Shown here: in pieces, positions 55,448-64,000 of the stretch
Numbering within the stretch: position 1 is the first letter of the stretch
How the letters are laid out: the number at the start of each line of letters is the position of its first letter
Assembly (NCBI RefSeq): GCF_006345805.1
Contig: NC_043001.1
Location: 12,648,001 to 12,712,000, forward strand
Reading direction: 5' to 3'
Source: Octopus sinensis
Taxonomy: Eukaryota
DNA: 64,000 bases
Program-made: the position numbers and the translations under genes
Notes under the pieces: model-generated
What the model was told of the DNA's origin: nothing
The model's database searches: none
What the model saw: only the letters and a program-made list of their open reading frames with translations

Positions 55448-55761
55448 GTTTATCTATCTAGATACAAAAATGGGTGTTTAGCTCTAAAATATTAGATGCG
55501 CTAAGTAAATGCACTAAAGGAGTTCTAAGTCTCCATTGTTATAGCCGAGATAGTATTTATCGAGCCATTGCGGATTTCAAATGCTGCTGATATATAATTG
55601 TTAAAGAGGACAGCAAACGTTAGTGCAAGGCAAACATCTCAAGACGTATACACTATTATTATAGTATATTATTATAGGCAGAAATATCTTCCTATAATAA
55701 TATTGTATACGACACTTAAGATGTTTACCAAGCCTTAATGTTTGCTGTCTTATTTAACAGT

Positions 55762-55794
<33 letters not shown>

Positions 55795-57979
55795 AAATAA
55801 CAAAGGGTGTAATTAATTAATTAAGAAGTAATCAATAATTTCACCAAGTAGGATTCGGCATGAAAGGGACCATTTCATGGTAAGTTTAAGTAATACTATA
55901 TAATTAGGTTTCAGCTACGATTTGCTTCAACACATACCGAAGTTTAGAAATAGCAGTCAAAAAGTCTTAGCTATTCCTTCTACTATAAAAGAAGGTTTGT
56001 GCATATATATATTTATTATATGTTTGTGTGTGTGTGTGTATTTATATCTACCTAATAGTGTGGGAGTATCAATCGGGGCAAAAACCTTCATATGCTCTCC
56101 GTTTGAAGATCAGGCTAACAATATTGTTTAGATTAGTGAAGAACCCAAATAACTTGTTTGGCACCGTCCAAGGTTATGGTTCATTACAATTCTATATTTT
56201 AATCCGGAGTTGGGCTCCAAACAAACTGTTTTTGACGCGTTGTGATAAATATGACAAGGCATAAAGAAGGGTCATGGCGTTTTCCTTATTAGAGCAAATT
56301 TGGCTAGCAGCTTTTAAAAGTAGACATTGTAGGCAGATTACTGCTAGACTCTTTTGGGCTGTTGGTCATTTGAGTAAAATTGAACGAAGTAAAAAGATTA
56401 ATACCTCTTAGGACGGAACCAATTCTGGTTAGAACACAACAGAACACTGAAGGAATTGTACGTGCGTAGGGTAAGTGGAAAAGAGGCAAACAAGCTAGTA
56501 GAATAGAGAAGAAGAGAAAGATGGATTAGAACGGGGTGAATATAAGGAAGTAAAGGATTGAGGAAGGGTTCACTTAAAAGAAGGAAGGTCATAGCATTGC
56601 CGAAATTCGGGCAAAGAACAGTTATTGTTTGTTGTCAACTTGACGCACATGGAGCATTGGAGTGTGGAGTCAAGTCAACGTACAGGAACATATTTGCCTT
56701 GTTTTTATGTTAGCTATCCTCCAAATGTTACGTTGAAATTTGATACGGGTCACTTACATACATGGTCAACTTAATTCTTTAATATTTGGTCATTGGAGCT
56801 GCGAAGTATAGTAATAGAAATGAATTAGAAAATGGATGAAATATCACAATTGAACATATTCTGATGTAGAGGTCGAGAAAGCTTTGATTGACTAGACTAT
56901 TAATTATTTATATTCTGTTGTGTTTGGGGGGTGTCATTTTCTTTTTGTGCCTTTTTGTGACTCTCCCCAGACACAACAGAATATGCTTCAACACAGGAAC
57001 TCATATAAAGAATCTTGCAAACCAAACCCCAAATCGAGATAATTATTGATAGTTTGAGAGATATGAGATTGAAACGGAATAACGTTTAATTTAGGTATGG
57101 CATAACTCAAATTGCATTCATTTATTTACTGAGTTTTCCTGTTTACTGAAGCATGGCACCTCACGAATCTCGTTAAGCTATGACTAAATTAAATAATACC
57201 TTAGAAACAGGTGGCTCAAGTAAGTAATTTATACATGTTTTCTTCAGGCAAATAGTTTGAAATCGTAAGGAAAAGAAGTCCACCTTATGATCATCTATTA
57301 GTAAGAATACCGTTTATTTTAGAAAGTAACTAGAGCCAAATTTATATCTACAATAGTGTCATTCATATTGACAATATTGACTTGTCGTCTAGAACTGCGT
57401 ATATCTAAATATCAATGAATGAAATCTAAGCTCATATATAAAAGGATTAATATTCATGTTGTCTGGAAGTATTCATTTGTGTGTAGCGCTTTATAACTAT
57501 TTGTATATCGAACTTATATAAAAGTACATTTTAATAATGAATATGAGACACTACTCATGTTTATATATACACCTTCATATTTTAATACGTCTTAGACTTC
57601 CGAGGAATTGAGTAATATAGAGTCAGGTAACCCACCCACTCTCGAACATCCTATGAGAGAGGAGAAATTATAGATAACAAAACTAGTAATTCCAATAATC
57701 AATAAATTCAGCAGCTGTATATAAAAGTAAAATTATAATGATAACGAAATTTTGTCATAATAAATAGAACTATGTTTGAATTTAATGTCTAATTTAGCGA
57801 TACATAATAATAAAATACATAGATGATATGGATAATCGTATCGCTAAAAATAGAATTCCCAGAGACAACTCAATATATTTATTGTTTTTCATGAATCATC
57901 TGATTAAATGCAAATGATGGCAATTTTCTCCATTGTGAGACAGATATAGTAAATATGTATTGATTAGTTTTCCTACAAT

Positions 57980-58039
<60 letters not shown>

Positions 58040-58091
58040 ATATATATATATATATATTACTATATATATATATATATGTATATATAATATA

Positions 58092-58137
<46 letters not shown>

Positions 58138-58139
58138 CA

Positions 58140-58274
58140 AAGCAATAAGGGTTTAGCAATGAGTTGCCTTACCACATACCGAATTTAGAAATAGCAGTCA
58201 AAGGGTTATAGCTATTTCTTCTACTAAAAAGGGAGATCTTGGTAAGGCAACTCGTTGCTAAACCCTTATTGCTT
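58140..58274. repeat. Hairpin element with 35-bp arms next to (TA)n
   Basis: aagcaataagggtttagcaatgagttgccttacca / tggtaaggcaactcgttgctaaacccttattgctt with 1 mismatch. The loop is related to ~55930-55995. Confidence 0.85.
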
Positions 58275-58453
58275 AGTATACTTAAATTTCCTCGAATGAG
58301 GCTTTTACATGCCGAAGACTACTTGGTGTAATTGATAATTTTTCCAAATAATTAATTTCACCCTTCATATATTACGGATAACTATATATAAAACATGTAT
58401 ATACATATATATATGTAAATACATGTATTTATATATATATATGTATATACATG

Positions 58454-58489
<36 letters not shown>

Positions 58490-59229
58490 ATAGGATTTTA
58501 ATAGCTGTGCTAGGAAATCGGAAATTTTACTTTACGGGAAGCTTACTGCAATTATATCAGCCATCTTGGAGAGACGTATTCCTCTGTCTGTACCTTTAGA
58601 AGCTTGTCATATTTTCCATACTAATAATAGAATCTTGTTGCCGGCTGTGAAAACGTGGGAGGACATGTACGTAAAAGGCTGTAAAGTTCTGTCCTTTTTT
58701 TTATATTCTCGAAGAATATACACGTTTGTCACAGATAAAATATTATATTCTCTTGTCTCTGACACAGAATGAAGTCTAGTTGTCCGAATGCTGCAACAAT
58801 AGGCTGTAATCGAACCCTACAGTGCAGAGCACATACAATAGTATTTATTATACATGTTCTGCATATATAACTTCTATATCCAAAATAATAATCCAATACT
58901 GACAAAAGCAAATTGATCCACGTATAATTGAAATCTTATAAGCCAAACTAAGGGAAGACATGTTTCAATCAGTCACATATTGTTAGACAGTAATCCTAAT
59001 ATATATATTATTCGTGTATGTTTTCTGTGTATGCGTGTATGTAAGTATCATTGAATGTGTGTATGTGTGTGTGCATATGTTTATGTATAAGTGCGTGTGT
59101 AAAGTAATTTAAACAGATAGATAGATACATACATAATACTTACATATACCCATATATATATATACATATATATATATATATGTATATACATATATATATA
59201 CTTATACATATATACACACACACACACAG

Positions 59230-59276
<47 letters not shown>

Positions 59277-59525
59277 TATAGATAAAGTGATACGATAGTG
59301 GGATGAAAGGTCGATAGGTTAGTCATGAAGGAGGAATGCCAAAGCTGTGAAAATTTACAAGCATTCATTTCAAGTATTGTTATTGATAACTCCTCCGTCT
59401 CCAACAGGTGAGTTCACTTTCGACAGTTCCTAATGTAGTTCATATGTAATTTGTATCGACGTCTCTTGGAAATAAGAAAAAGTTGTCTTTGTCATGAAGA
59501 ACAAACATAGACTCTTCCCAACCTT

Positions 59526-59693
59526 GTACAGGAGTGGCTATGTGGTAAGTAGCTTGCTAAACAACCACATGGTTCCGGGTTTAGTCCCACTGCGTGGCAT
59601 CTTGGGCAAGTGTCTTCTACTATAGCCCCGGGCCGACCAATGCCTTGTGAGTGGATTTGTTAGACGGAATCTGAAAGAAGCCTGTCGTATATA

Positions 59694-59740
<47 letters not shown>

Positions 59741-59943
59741 TTGTGCGTCTGTGTTTGTCCCCCTAGCATTGCTTGACAACCGATTCTGGTGTTTTTACGT
59801 CCCCGTCACTTAGCGGTTCGGCAAAAGAGACCGATATAATAAGTACTGGGCTTACAAAGAATAAGTCCCGGGGTCGATTTGATCGACTAAAGGCGGTGCT
59901 CCAGCATGGCCGCAGTCAAATGACTGAAACAAGTAAAAGAGTA
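59526..59943 (+). mobile_element. SINE family A, full length
   Basis: Head, core, internal (TA)(TG) and tail ggcggtgctccagcatggccgcagtcaaatgactgaaacaagtaaaagag. Confidence 0.9.
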
Positions 59944-60570
59944 TGCACCAGCGAAATCTTAATTATGATACATGATTTACGTGCTTATAACTCCTATATG
60001 TAAATTGTAGAAGAGCAGACAAGAAGTTTATTTCTGACTATGTCCAATGCATCAGTATGAACGTGCTACGATATTTGTTATAGCTACAAGTTGATTGAGA
60101 TCGAATCCTGTTTCTGTCAACTTGATTCACAGACTTTACTTACAGGCTTTATTTGCAGATGTTTGGGGCATTAGAGAACTTGAGCATACAAAAACGTCGT
60201 TAAGCACTTTGAGATATGCTTAGGTTTAGTGTAGGTGTTCAAAACCATGCAGAATTATAACGGGGTTTCGTACGCACAAATAACCGATTTTTCATCAGAT
60301 ACTAAACACGACATCGTCCACCATGTAAAACTACCATCAAATAGCCATCACGATTATTCACTAGGTTTTGATGCCGATAAGTCGATATTTCCATCATTCT
60401 TTGATTAGAGAATGGATAGAAAATTCATATCTGAATATCAAACTGCAGAACAAGATATATTTTCCATCCGAAAGCACGTGTCAGGTTTTATACATCTGTT
60501 ACAAATCCGAGTCTAGTATGTTTGTAACATTTAGTATTATCTGATCACTATTGATTTATATTGTATTCAG

Positions 60571-60678
60571 ATCTGACCTATGCACCATTGGCCTGGATAT
60601 GATACTCGGCCAACAAGCTGGATTTGATATTATACGGAAAAGATTATCTGGCAAAATCTTGCTGAGACATCCACAGCG
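60571..60678 (+). other. Possible 108-nt coding exon of an unidentified host gene
   Basis: Acceptor ttgtattcAG, donor GTgaat, symmetric phase and open frame [36 protein letters not shown]. No homology recognised. Confidence 0.2.
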
Positions 60679-60800
60679 GTGAATCAAAAATTACTAAAAG
60701 GAGCATATAGATACATGTACGTATATATGCATACGCACATACGCAAACGTAAGCACACGCACATGTGTATGTATGTATATATATATATATGTATGTATAT

Positions 60801-60906
<106 letters not shown>

Positions 60907-61317
60907 GAACACACATATACGCATACATTGTCTGTGCTTGTGTGTGTTCAGACGAATCCCGCCATAGACCTAAATACACATACGTAATTATTTTATATAT
61001 TCAATTGCAAATGCAATTAGCTGTTGTATTGACATGATGAAATGGACTGAGGAATCATTTTGTATGTGTAAGAGTCCATTAAGCAAATCATTTGAAATAT
61101 TTCTGTAAGGAATGAGGTCCAGCCAGATTTACGTTGATTTATAATGATTCGTTTGCCGGAAACACATTTGTATTTAAATGATTGCAACTTGCTATAGATT
61201 CAGTAATTAGCTTTCCATTCACTCGACATTTCTACCAATCTATGCATTTACAAAGGATCTTTCCATCACATTCCATACTTTTTATAACGCCTCCTTCCCA
61301 CATACATTCATATATAT

Positions 61318-61359
<42 letters not shown>

Positions 61360-61468
61360 CTATATAATATACATATATATAAGGATAAGATCGTTAATTA
61401 AAACAAAAATAACAATTTTATCAAGTGGTCAGCATGGAAAAAACTAACATTCAAAGGTAATAATTATT

Positions 61469-61612
61469 AAAATTATAAATTAGGGTATCTAACGAGATAC
61501 CACCATGCTGAAAATCGCAGCCATGATCAACCAATTAAGATGGTTTTAGAGTCAGATCATGGCTGCTATTTTCAGCATGGTGGTATCTCATAGATACCCT
61601 AATTATAATTTT
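61469..61612. repeat. Hairpin with ~60-bp arms at the end of a (TA)n-flanked insert (from ~61382)
   Basis: aaaattataaattagggtatct..gcagccatgatc / gatcatggctgc..agataccctaattataatttt. Confidence 0.85.
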
Positions 61613-61621
61613 ATATATATA

Positions 61622-62697
61622 TGATTGATTGATTGATTGATTGATTCTAGTTTCAGCTTATGAGCTGTGGCCATGCTGGGGCACCGCCATTTGGTGTTGC
61701 TACTTGGTTTCACTTCATGGAGGCTTTCTAGCAACTGCTATTTGGTGCATGAGAGAGTTCGATGCAGCTGCCCTCATCTGCCCCTCCTGCCGTGAAGTTG
61801 GTTCATCTGGGACACCTGACAGGAAGAGATCCAGCTTCATTTTAAAGACATCTGTATCCACCCCATGCAGGTCTCTCAGGTTCTTCGGGAGGATATTGAA
61901 GAGCTGTGGGCCTCGGAAGCCAGGCTATCACAGAATCTTGTCCTACATCTTGATGGCAGGTTTGGAGTCCTAGGCACCACGCAGTGGCGCCCAGTTCTGG
62001 CATTTGCGTAACTCTCGATGCCAAAGTTCAGGACACTTCCCTCCAGGATCTTCCAGATGTATATTATGGCATATCTTTCCCGCCTACGCTCCAGGGAATA
62101 TAATTTTAATCTCTTGAGTCTTTCCCAGTAGCTTACATTCTGCATAGAGGCTATCTTCTTTGTGTAGCTTCGTTGGGTCGCCTCAAGTTCTGTGATCAAC
62201 TTGACACTGGATGGTGACCATAGCTGAGAGCAATAATCAAGTGGCTTAGGACAAGTGTCTTCCAGAGGACCATCATGGTTTCTTGTTCTCTTGTTCTAAA
62301 GGTTCTAAGAATCCAGCCAGCCAGCCGTCTACATTTCAGTGTCAGTTTAGCAACATGTACATGAAAGGTCGCGTCATCACTCATGTGAATACCCAGGTCA
62401 CGCACTGATTGTGCCTCTGGGATTGCAATCCCTCCGGGTCCAGTGTATTCATGGGTATTGCATTCAGTTTTGCATGCTGATAGTATAAAGCTTGAAACTT
62501 TCCAGCATTGAACTGCATGCTATCTTTTCAGCCCACTTGTATATTTCGTCCAGCTCACATTGCAGGTGTTTAGTGTCCTCAGGGTTCTGTATTGCCTGTG
62601 AAACTTTTGTATCATCTGCATAACTTATGATCGTGGCTCTCTGCGTGGCTGAGGGCATGTCTGAGAGGGCCATTATGAACAGTAGTGGTCCCAGAAC
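61622..62697 (-). mobile_element. 5'-truncated CR1/L2-group LINE with RT domains 4-7, C-terminus, 3' UTR and (AATC)n tail
   Basis: VLGPLLFIMALSDM..SYADDTK; RDLGIHMSDDATF; ELEATQRSYTKKI..YWERLKRLKLYSLERRRERYAIIYIWKILEG. Frameshifted and inserted in (TA)n. Confidence 0.92.
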
Positions 62698-62710
62698 ATA
62701 TATATTTACT

Positions 62711-62746
<36 letters not shown>

Positions 62747-62751
62747 TTATT

Positions 62752-62850
<99 letters not shown>

Positions 62851-63214
62851 CATTATTTTTATTATTATTGTATATATATAATATTGCCTATTATTTAATA
62901 TGGTTGTATCTACATCTCAGCAAAATAATTAGTATGATTGTCAAAATTTAAGAGATGGAGATATGTGGGAGTTAGCAATTAAAACCGAAGCATCCCTATT
63001 GTTTTAAGTGTCCTGAGAATGATCAAGAAAAGTAGTGACACATTATTTGACCAGAAATCTGAGAAACCAACAATATACGGGACTTAAAATTTTCTGTTGG
63101 CCTGAACCACTGACATTCTCTGGCAGTTTCTTTCCATCTAATATATACGTGCATTCGATCTCTCGTTGAGTCCCGGTCGGAGGACGAAATGCAATGCAGA
63201 TCAATCGGTATAAA

Positions 63215-63223
63215 ATAATAATG

Positions 63224-63281
<58 letters not shown>

Positions 63282-63287
63282 TAATAG
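63215..63287 (+). repeat. (AAT)n microsatellite
   Basis: Direct reading. Confidence 0.95.
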
Positions 63288-63599
63288 ACAATATGAAGAG
63301 CGGGGTGCAATTGATGTTTTATTAGTTTGAGCAATATTTCGACAACTTGCCTGTCTTTACGAAGCCGAGTTCAAGATGAAAAGTGATGTTCAGAAATTCA
63401 AAATTATATGAACGCAATTTATTCTGCGTTTCCACTTTGACAGAATGACATTGATCTCAATCAATTTTATAAGTGGTAAAAAGAAAAATAAGATAGAAAA
63501 TAAAGGGAAAAACATGAAAAAGGGAAAAAGAAAGAATATTTTATCAGTCTTGTGTAAATATGATGAAAGTCTGTTGATATTTTATTGATTCCTACTTAT

Positions 63600-64000
63600 G
63601 TGTTCTCAAGCATTTTGAGGGGTTTGTTCCATGGGGATTTCCGACACATTGTTATATTTTTTCCAAAAAAATGGCCTTTGTAAAACGGTCATGCAAAAGT
63701 ATTCCATTAAAATTTCTCTGTAAGTTATTGAGGTTTGTGCTAGGAAGTAACACAATGAGGCTTCGACAAAAACTTTGCCACCAGACGAGGGGCTGCGACA
63801 TTGGTACTGACATGGCAGTTAGTTTTGCTAATTTCCTCATGCCAAAATTCGCGACACAGTTACTGAAGATATTCAACTCTCAATATGGTTATGAACAAAT
63901 ATTCTCATTACTGTCCGTTGATGATATTTTTTTCTGTCTGGGAAGAATTACATGGTTGTTTAATTGAATGTTTGAATTTCTGCGACTATTATACTAAATG
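63600..64000 (+). pseudogene. Decayed Penelope-like RT core fragment
   Basis: ORF 63671-63967, LLRFVLGSN..HQTRGCDIGTDMAVSFANFLM..LLSVDDIFF, parallels the PLE RT pattern LLxFVLxNN..QxxGxAMGxxxAPxYANxFM..RYIDDIF. Confidence 0.7.

Noticed and set aside
58285-58335. ctcgaatga-ggc..gcc-gaag hammerhead-like string
   Set aside because: Both core halves are altered and stems I and III are not evident.
57130-58720. Several short AG...GT segments that could be micro-exons (~57161-57218, 57597-57627, 58598-58668)
   Set aside because: They have stops in all frames or are too short to distinguish from chance without transcript data.

Overview
AT-rich eukaryotic DNA, extremely rich in microsatellites and made almost entirely of repeats and transposon remnants. 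The SINE families and the (TA)n/(CA)n/(GATA)n/(AAT)n density point to an octopod cephalopod genome (inference). No intact host gene is recognisable. The window contains a frameshifted Helitron PIF1-helicase 3' end and a complete non-autonomous Helitron. It also holds LINE fragments (two R4/Dong-like in (AAT)n, one RTE, one CR1/L2-like), two decayed Penelope-like RT fragments and about 30 tRNA-derived SINE copies. The most interesting signal is a set of short non-coding inserts in (TA)n, each carrying a minimal type I hammerhead ribozyme motif with a palindromic stem III. Three of them (3307-4427, 44531-45040, 53095-54236) share one architecture: a terminally redundant unit of about 360 or 480 nt with an inverted copy at its 5' end. 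They resemble Penelope-dependent, retrozyme-like elements. All alignments and folds were done by eye, and some single-base indels may be assembly errors.
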